This document shows, piece after piece, positions 1 to 12,905 of a stretch of 64,000 nucleotides of DNA. Position numbers and translations under genes: made by a program. The stretch lies in assembly GCF_018350175.1 (NCBI RefSeq), contig NC_058374.1, forward strand, positions 113,832,001 through 113,896,000, in the 5' to 3' direction. Origin of the DNA: Felis catus. Taxonomy: Eukaryota. Under the pieces are notes generated by a model. The model was given only the letters and a program-made list of their open reading frames with translations. It did not search any database and was not told the DNA's origin. Position 1 is the first letter of the stretch. Every line of letters begins with the position of its first letter.

Positions 1-1230
1 CTTAATAATATAGTGACATGTCTTCTTTTGATTAATTTTTTCTATGGTATAACTTTTCCATCTTTTTACCTTCAGTCTCTTCTGCATATTTTAGGTATTC
101 CTCTTATAAATAACATAACTGGTCCTTGCTTAAAAAAAAATCAGTCTGACAATATTCATCTTTTAATTACAATATTTAGTTCATTTACATTTAATGTAAT
201 TATTGATATGATCAGGTTTAGTTCTACCATTTTGTCCTCTGCTTTTTATCTGTACTACCTGTTCTGTATTCTTTTTCTTTCCTTTCTTTTGGCTGATTAT
301 TTTTTATAGTTTCATTTCCTCCCTCTATTAACATGGTAGCTATGCATCCTCTTACTATGATTTGTTAAATATTATAGACATGACTAGAGATTATAACATG
401 TATAGATGACTTATTTTAGTCCAAGATAAATGGTTGCATTTACTTCTTCCCAGACAATGCAAGAAACATAGAACCCCTTTAACTGCTTTTATCCTAACCC
501 ATTATTTGTAATATATTTAGCCTTATCAGACATTATTATTACAGTTTTATATCAACATTAAATATTTATCATCTCTGATGCTCTTAAATCCATTCTTTAT
601 CTTTAAGTTTTCATCTGGGATAATGTTCTTGTCCCTGAATAGTCCATGTTAGTATTTTCTTTTTTATGGGTGGGTATAAAATTTCCCTCAGTGTTTATTA
701 GAGAATGTGTTATCTCTCCAGCTTGGGTTCATAGATTTTTTTTTTTAAGAAAGTCATCATCCATTGTCTCTTCAAACATTGTTTCTCCTTTATTATCTTT
801 CTCTTTTCCTTTTGTGGGTTCTGTTAACAGATAGGTTAGAACTTTTCACTAGGTCCCCTATGTCTCTTATATTGTCCTCTATGTCTCTCTCTCCCTTTCC
901 ATTTATGTGATTCATTCTGTATATTTTTTCATATTTATTTTCCAATTCATTTTCTCTTTAATGTGTCTACTCTCATGTTAAACTTGTACACTGGGTTACT
1001 GATCTGTCACAAATGTTTTCTGTTCTAGAATTTCCATTTTGTACATTTTTGTGGTTTACTGTTATCTGTCAAAACCATCAATTTCATGTTTTATTATCTT
1101 TGATATATTAATTGCACTTACTTTAAAATCCATGTATGAAAACTCCATTTTCAAGATTCCTGATGGTTTCTTATACTGTCCATTGCTTCTTTTGATTTTC
1201 TGCTACACTATTTTGATTCCTTATATATTT
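1..1230 (-). mobile_element. Ancient LINE-1 fragment (L1M/L1ME-like; ORF2 start towards ORF1)
   Basis: T-rich degraded sequence resembling the reverse complement of old L1 endonuclease-proximal consensus (cagtctgacaat...ttacatttaatgtaattattgatatg). No intact ORF. Confidence 0.6.
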
Positions 1231-1234
1231 GTTT

Positions 1235-1440
1235 TTTCTTTTTTTTTTTTAATGTTTATTTATTTTTGAGAGAGAGAAACAAGGTGAGTGGGAGAGGGGC
1301 AGAGAGACACAGAATATGAAGCAGGCTCCAGACTCTGAGCAGTCAGCACAGGGCCCAATGCGGAGCTCAACTCAAAAACCACAAGATCATGACCTGAGCC
1401 GAAGTCAGACATTTAACCCACTAAGCCACCCAGATGCCCC
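1235..1440 (-). mobile_element. CanSINE (SINEC, older feliform type)
   Basis: Poly-T/tttatt tail, (GA)n, body, reversed head ending gccacccagatgcccc. Confidence 0.92.
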
Positions 1441-2246
1441 ATATATCTGGTTTTTCTTAACTAAGTGTCAGATATTGTATATGAAAAATGGTAGAGATAA
1501 TTTGAAACTGGGATGTAACTTCCTTCAGAGAAGAAGGATTTTGTTTGCTTCTGACAGGTGGCTAGGAAACCTAGCAGCCCTGAATTATCTTAATTCAAAC
1601 ACAAAATGATATGATTAGAAGCTGGGCTTCAGTCCCTCTGGAGAAGATCTGTTTCAGGACCACCTTTACCCATAAAGTGTAGCCTTTTGGCTGGGAGTCC
1701 CAGTCTAAAACTTGTGAATTTACCAATGCTTCCCTCCTTGGCAGCATTGACCTCCCTTTCTTCCCTCTTCTAAATTCAAGAATCTTAGAGATGCTCAGTT
1801 CACCTTCTCAGCCTCCCGTCTAACTTCCAAAATTGGCAGATGCCTCTAGGGGAAAAGCAGTACCAAATGCAAAGTGTACTTCTCTGAGTTACCTTCTTTT
1901 CCTTGACTTTTAGCTCTTTATGACTTAAATATTGTTTTGGGTTTTTTTCCCCCCCTCTTAACTATTTGCCCAGATTTTGTACTTTCTTTAGGAGGAGGGA
2001 AAGAACTGTTTGCTAATATGTTTATTTTCACCTATTCAAATTTTTTAATATTTACATAGTCACATTTCTTGATTTGCTTTCCCCTATCATTCATAAAAAG
2101 GCCTATTCTACTTTAAGTTATAGCTAAATTCTATTTGGTATTGACTTCAGTATGAGCTGTGAGATAAGGATTCGGTTCACTTTTTCCCCAAGTAACTAAT
2201 TATTGTCTAATGACATAATGAATAGTTCATGTACTCTCTTGAATTT

Positions 2247-2249
<3 letters not shown>

Positions 2250-2286
<37 letters not shown>
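2250..2286. repeat. (CA)n microsatellite
   Basis: About 18 perfect units. Confidence 0.98.
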
Positions 2287-2287
<1 letters not shown>

Positions 2288-2650
2288 TCCATTAGCATGC
2301 TAAGCCACCTTTATATTACTTTGGGCTTTTCTGGGCTTTTCTATTCTGTTCTACTGTTTATTTATTTTTGTACCAGTACCTCACTTTTTTTAATTACCGT
2401 AGCTTTATATTATGTCTCTATATCTGGTGAGAAAAGGCTTCCTTCTTTCACATAGGCCCATTACACCTGTGGTTTTTTGCCTGTTTGTTTTAATTTTTTG
2501 ACTAGTCCAGCATGAATCATTTTATCAGATAGATTTTAAAATATTTTCTCTCAACCACCAAACTTCCCTCTCCAATACCCACCCAAAAGAGAAATCCCAT
2601 TGTGATTTCTCTTCATCATTAAGATTGCAACGATTTCAGAGAGTATTTTA

Positions 2651-2927
2651 TTTTATTATTATTTTTTTTTTTGAAAATAGGGCTTTTATTTTTTTTTTAA
2701 TTTATTTTTTTTTCCACGTTTTTATTTATTTTTGGGACAGAGAGAGACAGAGCATGAACGGGGGGGCGGGGGGGGGCAGAGAGAGAGAGGGAGACACAGA
2801 ATCGGAAACAAGCTCCAGGCTCTGAGCCAGCAGCCCAGAGCCCGACGCGGGGCTCGAACTCCCGGACCGCGAGATCGTGACCTGGCTGAAGTCGGACGCT
2901 TAACCGACTGCGCCACCCAGGCGCCCC
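2651..2927 (-). mobile_element. Young cat CanSINE with 15-bp TSD and a two-part tail
   Basis: Young-subfamily body (gcgcagtcggttaagcgtccgacttcagccaggtcacgatc on minus). Perfect TSD tcagagagtatttta at 2636-2650 and 2928-2942. Confidence 0.97.
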
Positions 2928-3789
2928 TCAGAGAGTATTTTAACACAAATCAACATCTTTATAATATTGAGTTTTCCCAGGTCGAAACATCTTAAATCTC
3001 TCAGAGTTCATGTTTTCATATAAATCCTGTATGCTTCTTAATCAGCTTATTCCAGTATATTTTATACCTTTTTTATAAATGAAATATTTTCTTCAGTCAC
3101 ATTTTCTAATTGGTTATCCTTATAATAGGAAAACTAGTAGTGTTTCCCCATTATTAATATTGATATGGTAACAACAACCTTACTTATCGTTTTTAATTAT
3201 TTCTGGTATGTTTTCTCAGTTGATTCATTTGGTTTTTGAAGCTATAGAACCATATCATTATGTAGGAGTGGGAATTGTACGAACTTCTTTGCAATGCTTC
3301 TACTCCTTACTCTGCTCTCTCAAAATGACACATCCATTGGGTAGAATGAATCTCAAACTTCAGTGTTAAGCTTGACCCTTAATTCACCCAAACTAACCAT
3401 TCATCATAATACCAATCTTTTCACCAAAGCAATGGGTTCAAGGATGAGTGACACAGGCCCCGACTCAGTGGGGCACAGAACAGCACCAGCCACAGTGGAT
3501 TTTTTTTTTTTTTCCTTTAGGGTTTGGCATGGAATTCAAGAGTTTTCAAAGTTTTCGGAAGAGGAGTTCTCTCTTTTTCTGGATGGCAAGGTATAAGCAC
3601 ATGGGACGCCTGGGACCTCTGTGGCCATTTTGCTCCCCTGAGAGAAGTCGCCCAACGCACAAAGGAACGCAGAGTTGAAAGAACTGAGAGAAATCAAGCA
3701 GCAACGCTGAAACAAACCATGCTTGAAACGGAACCTATCCTGCAACTTTATAAGAGCATTTTTTAAAGCCAGGGAGCGTTATTTGCAAC

Positions 3790-5550
3790 CCAAATTATCC
3801 TAATGGATACACCAGCTCAATGCCGTATTCAAGAAATACACCTAACACATAATGACAAAGAAAGTTTGAAAATAAGGCATGTGGAAAATTACACCAGGCA
3901 AATGTATGCAAACAGAAAGCAGGAATGGCAGAATCAAAATCAGATAAGAACAAGTCAAGATCCAGACCATTAAGCAGGGAAAAGAGGCATATTATGAAAT
4001 CTATGAGTACAATTAATGAATTACTGTATATCACAAACTACAACAGCAAAACGCATAAAACAGAACTCTGATAAAGATAGGTATAACCGTCATAAAAATC
4101 GGTCCTAGTGGGGAATTTTGCATCAGAATTCGATGGATCAAACAGACACAAACAATCAAGGATATAGAGAATACAAATAATACAAAAAAGATCATGTAAA
4201 ATAAATACATAAATAACATTCTCCCTCTCTTCTTTACCAAAGCAGAAATTGGAATATCATGCATGACCTACCATTAGAAAGAGTCTAGCCTGAGTTAGTT
4301 TTACTGCGGAGTCTAACCTTCAAAATACAGAAAAAACTTAGCTAGTATACCTCTCTATCTCAGTTGTCACTATACAACTTAGGAGATGAATATATTCAGA
4401 AAATGTTAACAGACCCTTTGGTTTCTGAAACGCTTGCTACTCACCATTCAAACCTCAGAGACTAAAGATGATCAGATTTTATGGTGTCTCTCTCTGAACT
4501 TTTGCTTTCTGAACTCAGGTACCAAATAGATTTGAATGTTGAAGGAATGTTTGTAATTCCTTTTTATCTATCTTATTCAAAATATTCTCAACTATCAAAA
4601 AATGATTGAAAGTGACCAAGATGGTCTACTAAGCTAACACAAGAACATCCAAATTAATAATTTTAAAAAGAAAAAAAATTACTTACGATAGCAAATGTTC
4701 TCAAAATTTTAGTATATTGAATACATCTAGTCATGGAAAGAATATAGCATTGCCATGTAGATACATTTTAAAAACTGTAATATTACAGTAACAATTCAAA
4801 AGAAAAATATATTTATAGACGAAGAAATATAAATGTATTCATATAAATATCACCAAAAAATCTTAATAAAAACTGAATAAAATAAGAACACATTATCATC
4901 TTTCATTTATCTAAGTATACTCATTCATATTTTTGTGTCTTATTCTTATATTTCTTTTAAGAAATATAACTAAATATATTAAAGAACTTTTAATAAAAAA
5001 GTAACAAATACTTTATAATAAAACTTTTAAAGTCATTGCCATTAAAATCAGAATCAAATCAAGAATCCTTTTTATCATTATTATTTTTCAAAATTATTTT
5101 AGATGAGCTAAAAAACGCAATAAAGCAAAAAACAACAGGTATGTGTGTATATATAGATAAATTATGTTTATTTGAAAATTTTATATTATAGGTTTAAAAA
5201 TCCCAAGGCACAGAACTAAAAATCATTAAGACTAATAAGAGAATCTGGAAAGATATTTATATTATATGCAGTTTGGAGTTAGGAATGGACATATACAATC
5301 ATCACATATACGATAGAGATAGAGAGTATAACATATCTAGAAATACATTTAACAAGAAAATAACACATAAGAAGAATATGTAAAGAAACAAGATATGAAT
5401 TAATGTTAAGATGAAATGTTCCTAGATGGAAAGACTTCATATCACTAAAATGTTAATCCTTCTAAATCAGAACATAGATTTAATACAATAAAACTAAGAA
5501 TTTCAAAAGATTTCCTTTAAATCTTGTTGTATACATTAAACATTTTATAA
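3790..5550 (+). mobile_element. Ancient L1 ORF2 (endonuclease to RT) remnant
   Basis: caagaaatacacctaacacataatgacaaagaaagtttgaaaata reads QEIHLTHNDKESLKI, like the L1 EN QETHL motif. A-rich degraded RT-like blocks continue to ~5500. Confidence 0.6.
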
Positions 5551-5554
5551 TATA

Positions 5555-5752
5555 GGGGCACCATGGTGGCTCAGTCGGTTGAGCATCTGACTCTTGATTT
5601 CAGCTCAGGTCATGATCGTGGGATTGAGCCCTGCAACCAGCTCTATGCTGGGCATCGAGCCTGCTTAAGATTCCCCCTCTCCTTCTGCCCCTCCCCTGCT
5701 CATGCTTGTGCACACTGGTGCTCCCTCTCTCTCTCTCTTAAAAAAATATATA
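5555..5752 (+). mobile_element. CanSINE (older)
   Basis: ggggcaccatggtggctcagtcggttgagc head, (CT)n, A tail. Confidence 0.92.
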
Positions 5753-5753
5753 A

Positions 5754-5970
5754 GGGGCACCTGGGTGGCTCAGTCGGTTGAGCATCCGACTTCGGCTCAG
5801 GTCACGAGCTCACAGTTCGTGAGTTCGAGCCCCACGTCGGGCTCTGCGCTGACAGCTCAGAGCCTGGAGCCTGCTTCGGATTCTGTGTCTCCCTCTCTCT
5901 CTGCCCCTCCCCTGCTTGTGCTCTGTCTCTCTCTCAAAAATAAATAAACATTAAAAAAAAGTTAAAAAAA
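5754..5970 (+). mobile_element. CanSINE inserted in the tail of the previous copy
   Basis: Complete head/body/(CT)n/aataaa tail, flanked by aaaaaaatatata on both sides. Confidence 0.95.
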
Positions 5971-6049
5971 TATATATATATAAATATATCAATATAAATA
6001 TGTATATATATATACATATATAATTTTACGATATAAGAAAAACGTCCTG

Positions 6050-6900
6050 AACAAAGGAATTCCTGAATATAAATTTTTCAAATGCCCACTAGACTCCAGA
6101 GATAATTTAATATAATTCATACTCCTGTTTATAAGGTATGCGAAAGCTCTGTTTTCCTACATCGTCACCAGCACAGAACAAAGAGCTATAAGTAATAATG
6201 CAATGAAAACCCATCCTCTCACTACCTTATCGAAAAAGATCACACATGACCAACACAGATGAAACTCGCTGAATACATTTTAGATTCCATGCCCCCATCC
6301 CTTGAGGTAGCCACTCTCCCGAGTTAGGAGTTTACTGTTCTCATCCATTGCTTTACATTCTTACAACATGTTACACATATAGAAATGTTGACATGTTTTT
6401 AAGCTTTACATAAACACACACACGAACAAACAAAAACCCTGCATGCGTTCCTTTGCCCTGCTTTGTCTTATTTTGGAAAACAGTATGTATGCAAGGTGCT
6501 GACGTATCATTTAGCACCAGCTCATTCTAGGTTTTCATCTTCCAGTCCCTACATCATCCCCGTGTTGGGTCTCCACATCTGCGAGCTCCTAGTTGATTTC
6601 TCTCATTGCCTTGTATTTTTCCACTGCCTTCTGTGTGGTTTTTCTCATGCCTACCGTCCACATCTCTGACCTTTTTTCATTGTTGATTCTGTTCTTCTTT
6701 TTGATTCTCAAGCAGTTTTCCTTTTGAAACTGATCATATTTTCCCCTTTAATTTCTTTCTTAAGTGTGCCGCCAGCTCTCCTTTCCACTCACCATGACTT
6801 TCAGTCCTTCGAGAGGATGGAGGAAATTTAGTCTATTGGTTTTATTTCCTGAAGTAATTATTATTCTAACACATATAATGCAGTGTTCTTTTACATGTCA
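6050..6900 (-). mobile_element. Degraded L1 3' fragments
   Basis: ctgttttcctacatcgtcaccagcac resembles the reversed ORF2 C-terminal consensus. The rest is T-rich. Confidence 0.3.
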
Positions 6901-6912
6901 CATTCCTTTTTC

Positions 6913-7155
6913 ATTTTTTTTTTATTTTTTTTTTAAATTTTTTTTTTTTAACCTTTTTTAATTTATTTTTGGGACAGAGAGAGACAGAGCATGAACGGGG
7001 GAGGGGCAGATAGAGAGGGAGACACAGAATCGGAAACAGGCTCCAGGCTCCGAGCCATCAGCCCAGAGACTGACGCGGGGCTCGAACTCCCGGACCGCGA
7101 GATCGTGACCTGGCTGAAGTCGGACGCTTAACCGACTGCGCCACCAAGGCGCCCC
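6913..7155 (-). mobile_element. Young cat CanSINE
   Basis: Near-consensus young body, long T tail. Confidence 0.96.
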
Positions 7156-8034
7156 TTTTTTTTAATGATTTGTAAGGAAATCCCACTTTTCCTGCTTCTT
7201 ATTCAGCTTTACTGAGCACAACTTCATCTGGTCCTGATATTTGCCCAATAGTATTGGTAGATTACCATCATATCCGTTGGGTGTTTACCTGGTCCCCATG
7301 AGTGGCCCCTTAGGACTCAGGCTGGAAATCTGGACGTTTAAGAGATTGCAATATTTTTTCAGCCATTCAGAAAACTGAGGAGGGCACAGAAGGTAGACAT
7401 AGGTGGTGAGTAGCTAAAGCCCAAGTATGGGTATGTTGTCCACCGGTACTTTCCCCAAAAATGTCTTGATTCTTACCCCGGCCAATCACATTAAGAAACA
7501 TATCTTTTAAATTCCTGTCGCTCTTCCCCTTCTCGGGGAAAAATTAACTCCATAGGAAACCAGGTCAGTGTAAGAGCCCTTGGCTCAGAGGCCTTTTATG
7601 AGTGGTTAGTTCTTCCTTGTCTCTCTGTTTGGTCAACTTTTCTCAGCAGATGTTTCACTTCCGGGTACTCTTCTCCCCCTTTCCCGTGGTTGTCTTCTAG
7701 GTTGCCCCTTTGGAAGAGCACGTAGAGAATACTGTCCCTCGTTACAAGGTGTTTCTCTCCCGCCATCTCCCTTACTCCTCTGCGGTGAGGAAGTACACTC
7801 GGAGTAGGGACCCATCTCTCCAGTCCTCATAATCCCTCTGAGAATTGTTAGATAGGCCTTTAAAAGCCCCAAATTTGTTTCCCAATAACTGTACCGATTG
7901 AAAGGAAGCTGCCTGTATGTTAACGCTGTGTTTCTCAGGCAGATCTTCGGAGTCTGCGGTATGAGGCTGTGGCTGTTCCCTAGCTGAGGGAGCATCGACA
8001 CAAACCTAGGGTTTTCATAGGGAATAAGGGGATT

Positions 8035-8170
8035 GTGTAGTCTGGTGCATACGTAATCATCCGGGGAGCTTGCTAAAAATTGCACGGGTGGGGACTGAGA
8101 ATCTGCATTCCCAATTAGCTCCCAGATGATGCCCCAGGCTGCTGGCTGCAGACCATTTGAGTAGAAGGGC
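8035..8170. mobile_element. MER5-like hAT-Charlie fragment
   Basis: aatcatccggggagcttgc...gaatctgcattccc...gatgatgcc...gaccatttgagtag. Confidence 0.6.
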
Positions 8171-8664
8171 TGTGCATTAGTCAGGGTTCTCCAGAGGAAC
8201 GGAACCAATAGGATATGTGTCTAGAAGTGTATTATGAGGCATTGGCTCACACAGTTACAGAGGCTGAGAAGTCCCATGATCGGCAGTCTGTGAGCAGGAG
8301 ATCCAAGAAAGCCTGTGGTATAGCCCAAGGCCAGAAAGCCAGAGAGCCCATGGTGTAGATTCCTGCCTGAGCCTGAAGGCCTAGAAACCAGGAGCGCTGA
8401 GGCCAGGAGAGGATTGATGTCTCGGCTTATGCAATCAAGCAGAGGGAGAGTTCAGCCTTCCTCAGCCTTTCTGTTCCATTCAGGCCCTCACCCGATTGGA
8501 TGATGCCCACACACGTTTGAAGGAGGCCATCTGCTTTATTCGGTCCACTAATTCAAATGCTAATCTCTTCCAGAATCGTTCTCTTGGATGCACCAAGAAA
8601 TGTTTCACCAGATATTTGGGAGCCCATGGCCCAGTCAAGTGGATACGTGACATTAACTATCACA
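8171..8664 (-). mobile_element. MLT2-family (ERVL) solo LTR
   Basis: Begins tgtgcattagtcagggttctccagaggaacggaaccaatagga and ends ttaactatcaca; ~490 bp with TG...CA termini. Confidence 0.85.
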
Positions 8665-8750
8665 GGCTATAATCATGCAGCCTGTGGAGCAAGAAGGTGG
8701 TCAATGGTTGGCCAAAAGATTAAAAATAGCAAATATTTATTAAAATAGTT

Positions 8751-8992
8751 GGGGCGCCTGAGTGGGTCAGTCAGTTAAGTGTCCGACTTCGACTCAGGTC
8801 ATCATCTCGGGGTTCCTGAGTTCGAGCCCCGCCTTGGGCTCTGTGCTGACAGTTCAGAGCCTGGAGCTGCTTCAGATTCTGTGTCTCCCTCTCTCTCTCT
8901 CGCCCCTCTCCTACTCATGCTCTGTCTCTCTCTCTCTCTCTCTCTCAAAAATAAATAATAAAAACATTTTAAAAAATAAATAAAATAAAATA
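8751..8992 (+). mobile_element. CanSINE
   Basis: ggggcgcctgagtgggtcagtcag head, (CT)n, (TAAAA)n tail. Confidence 0.95.
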
Positions 8993-8994
8993 AG

Positions 8995-9190
8995 TGACTA
9001 CATTCTAGCCACAGCACTAAATGCTCTCCATGGAGTACCTTATTTAATTGTCATGACTGTCTGAGGTAGGTACTGTATTATTTTCATCTTATAGGTGAGG
9101 GAATTGAGGAACTGGCTCGGTAATTTATGTGCTTAATCGATTAAACGTCTAGCAAGTGTCAGAACTGAGCAATCTGACTTTAGAGTCTCA
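8995..9190 (-). mobile_element. MIR
   Basis: gaggtaggtactgtattattttcatcttataggtgagggaattgagg matches the reversed MIR core. Confidence 0.7.
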
Positions 9191-9803
9191 ACTTGAAACA
9201 CCATCTCTCACAGTGCAAACCTGGGGCCATCTGTTACTCTGCTAATCCACAGAAGGCGAGGGTCCCGCCATGATTATGATCACTAGGTTTTGGCTTAATG
9301 CAACAGGAAGGATGTTGGGGAAGATGGTCTTGGAGTTTCCCCTGAAATGTAAGACGGCATTTGTGCTTCCTTCCTGGTAGACAGAGGAGAGAGAGAGAGA
9401 GAGAACTCTAATGAGGGAAGGAAAACGAGAGCAGTGAGAGAGGGAACAAAGAGAAGTTGGTGAGAAAAGAAAAGACAGAAGTCGGCATCCTCACATTTCA
9501 ATTTAGAGAAGAGAGAACGCCCACCTAGCAGAATCTTGAAATGAAATTTCCTTAGAAAGCCCCAGAAAAGTTGCATCCTTACAAGTCGAAAGGGTAAGGG
9601 GCACTTGTGCTTTCCTCTTATGTCCCCAAGCAACGTTTTGGTGCTTCAAGATTCAGAATCTTGTGATGCTTTCCAACCGCCCTCCAAACACTACCGCAGT
9701 TCAGATTTCTCCCTCTCCGTTCCAGGAGTGAGAAACGTACTCTGATTCATTTGTTTATTTGCATTTCTTCTGTCCTAGACTGCCATTTTTACTTCTTTAC
9801 TCA

Positions 9804-9860
9804 TTTTTTTTTAATGTTTATTAATTTATTGTGAGAGAGCGCGCCCATGAGCAGGGAAGG

Positions 9861-9896
<36 letters not shown>

Positions 9897-10010
9897 CAAG
9901 CAGCCTCTTCACTATCAGCACAGAGCTCGACGAGGGGCTGGAGCTCAGGAACTGTGAGATCGTGACCTGAGCCAAAATCAAGAGTTGGACGCTTCACCGA
10001 CTGAGCCACC
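9804..10010 (-). mobile_element. CanSINE (older)
   Basis: T tail, (GA)n, aatcaagagttggacgc, ctgagccacc. Confidence 0.92.
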
Positions 10011-10189
10011 TAGTACTTAGGTAAATAAATGAGGATTTATTTATTTTTATTTTTTAGGACAACGCCTTAGTTTAAACACACAGCTTGGACTCTGGGTACA
10101 CTGGAATGCTCTGGTCACTGAACTTATGCACTACAGTCTTGTCATCATTCCCTTTCCACTACTGGTAATCCCTCAACCCATCAAAAATT

Positions 10190-10420
10190 CGTTAAAACAC
10201 CATTCTTCTTATGAAGCCTTCCCTAAATAAAACATTTCACTCTGCGCCTTTATCCTGACACAAGACACTCTGTCTTACTGTTAGATTTTATCAATCCCTT
10301 TTCTGCATTTGATTATAAACTCCTGGTGGTTATGACTATGTCTTTATGACCTCTGACTTCTCATTAATGCTGAGCCGAATCCTGCACATTGGTTGATGCT
10401 CATAAAGTCAGATGTTAATT
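10190..10420 (+). mobile_element. L2 3' fragment
   Basis: atgaagccttccct...tataaactcctgg...atgtctt pattern of the L2 3' end. Confidence 0.45.
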
Positions 10421-10789
10421 GCGTATTTAAAAATAAAGAAAAGGAAAAGAGGTTTAGGCACAATGAATGTGTCTGGATCGTCTAAAATAGACTCAAACAC
10501 AGTTTAAAACAAAGTTTTATAAACCTCAAAGCTCCCTTTCAAGAGATCTCTCCAAATCCAACTTCTTTTACTGACCATATCACTCAAGAACAAGCCATGC
10601 TTTTCCCTATTCTTTGGGCACTTTGCATGCATGTGTTTTTACTGCAGAAGAGGGAAGACACCAGGGGCTACATTTACCTTTGAACCCAATTCAAATAAAA
10701 ACAAACAATAACTGGAATGGAAAAAAAAAAAAATTTAAGAAGCAAGAAAATTTATACGTTCAGAAAGAGATTTAAAAAACAACAACCCA

Positions 10790-10987
10790 GGGGCGCCTGG
10801 GTGGCGCAGTCGGTTAAGCGTCCGACTTCAGCCAGGTCACGATCTCGCGGTCCGTGAGTTCGAGCCCCACGTCGGGCTCTGGGCTGATGGCTCGGAGCCT
10901 GGAGCCTGTTTCCGATTCTGTGTCTCCCTCTCTCTCTGCCCCTCCCCCGTTCATGCTCTGTCTCTCTCTGTCCCAAAAATAAATAAA
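10790..10987 (+). mobile_element. Young cat CanSINE with 17-bp TSD
   Basis: TSD aaaaaacaacaacccag at 10774-10790 and 10988-11004; consensus body, short tail. Confidence 0.97.
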
Positions 10988-11826
10988 AAAAAACAACAAC
11001 CCAGAAATAGGTTAAATTCTATTTCGTTTGAGCTCGAGATCAGACTTCATACCCAAGATGCAATAAATGCCATGCGAACCTCTGGGGGCTGATTAATTTA
11101 TTCTCAAGAGGCCTCCATGGGTGCCCTTACAGAAGACCAGGAATGAGTGGCTGCCTGCACTCTTCCCTTACAGGATAAGGAAAAGCTTTTGTGATTTCCT
11201 TCTTTTCCCCGAACTCCTCGATTATGAATGTTTTCATTTTACACAAATTCTCTATTTCTGCCTTGAGACAACACGAACGAGAGAGAGGGGCTGTGCATGC
11301 CATGCCCAGAAAGAGAACCCAGAAAGCCATGACAATTAAAGGGGAAATAAATGTGGGTTTCATAAAAAATTCATGGCAATGGTGTACGAGACCAATTTCT
11401 TTCTTTGGCCTCTAAAATAACTGTCAGTAAGAAATGACTTGTAGCTGGGTTTACGAAGTAAACATAAAATGTTATTAAAACTTTAGATTCTCAGTGCTCT
11501 GTTTGTGTCTTCTTCTCTCTTAGAATGATTTGTTGCAGCTCATCTTTGTTTGTTTGGTTTTAACGAACACAACACAGAAATTCAGATCTTTAGACTAGGT
11601 TCCAAGAATCCAGAATCTTAACAGCGAAACAAAACACAACAACAACAAATACTCCCAGCAATTTAGAATATTTCCCGGGATGCATACCCAAACATAGTCT
11701 CCATTCAGCCAGAGTTTGGGAAGCTGGCACAGACAGGCACAACGAAGCCACTGCTTGCCGCCATCTTTTTTTTTTTTTTTTTTTTTTAACTAAGCATCAA
11801 GATTTCTTACAATAGAGGGATGTTGA

Positions 11827-12065
11827 GGGGCGCCTGGGTGGCGCAGTCGGTTAAGCGTCCGACTTCAGCCAGGTCACGATCTCGCGGTCTGTGAGTTCGA
11901 GCCCCGCGTCGGGCTCTGGGCTGATGGCTCGGAGCCTGGAGCCTGTTTCCGATTCTGTGTCTCCCGCTCTCTCTGCCCCTCCCCCGTTCATGCTCTGTCT
12001 CTCTCTGTCCCAAAAATAAATAAACGTTGAAAAAAAAATTAAAAAAAAAAAAAAGAAGAAAAAAA
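11827..12065 (+). mobile_element. Young cat CanSINE
   Basis: Consensus body, long A tail; imperfect TSD agagggatgttg/agaaggatgttg. Confidence 0.97.
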
Positions 12066-12784
12066 GAAGGATGTTGTGGTTATCTTATCACTATGGGAGA
12101 AAAGGTGGGGCTTTTTTTTTTTGTTTTTTTTTTTTTAATTTCAATCAGTCAAACCCTTCCAGCCTGACCCACTTATTCTTCCTCACACTCAACCTCCTAA
12201 GTTTAGGGGCAGGAGAAGGAATTTTACCGACTTCAGACAACAGGCTTTATTTTACAAGGGAGAAAACACCAAAGGAAAAACCACCATCCCCCCACAAATC
12301 ATCGTACATTGACAGCCAAGATTTTACGTTGTGTGTGTTTCCATCTCCTGCACGAAGTTGTCCCTGTTGAGAAGTTCTTAGCGCCTGGCCCCTGAGTTAA
12401 TGTCCTGAGAGCTTTATTGAATTACTGATTCACATCTAGCATCTTTTGGCCATTAATCACCACTCACAGAGAAAGGCCTTGCAGCTCCACCAGGAACGGC
12501 TCTCTGGTTCCCGTGATCAGAGAAGAAGGATATTTAAGTGCTACAGAGAGAGAAACTGCAATTTTCCCTCAGATAAAAAGAATGGGGTCAGAAGGCGTTG
12601 AGAAGGCATCTAAAAAGAAAATCGGAAGCAAATTCAACACTCAAGACAGATATAAACAACAGATATAAAATAAGCCAGTGCGTAAACGCCAGGCTCTTAA
12701 GTACTTCCTAACACGAAGTTTTGTAGCTATTCCTGGAGCCAGACATACACACATGCTCTCATTCAAGACCACAGTAGGGTGGTA

Positions 12785-12905
12785 AAAATGGCCAGCACTC
12801 ACTGGGTGGTTATTCCTGTGCCGGGTCCTACATTAACCCCCACACAGCTATTGTCTATCCCATTTAGGATCCCAAACACCCTCTGAGGTGGACTGTCTTA
12901 TCCCA
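12785..12905 (-). mobile_element. MIR fragment
   Basis: ctgtgccgggtcct...cccattt...aaacaccctctgaggtgg. Confidence 0.5.

Larger units (their letters stand above)
2040..3300 (-). mobile_element. Ancient L1 ORF2 fragments, interrupted by a microsatellite and a SINE
   Basis: T-rich degraded L1ME-like blocks at about 2040-2460 and 2945-3300. Confidence 0.4.

Noticed and set aside
3521-3590. Possible 70-nt plus-strand exon after T13-CCTTTAG
   Set aside because: The donor (GTATAA) is weak, the poly-T may be a decayed tail, and there is no supporting gene.
7633-8208. 191-aa minus-strand ORF
   Set aside because: It starts in an MLT2 LTR, crosses a MER5 fragment and has no recognisable homology.
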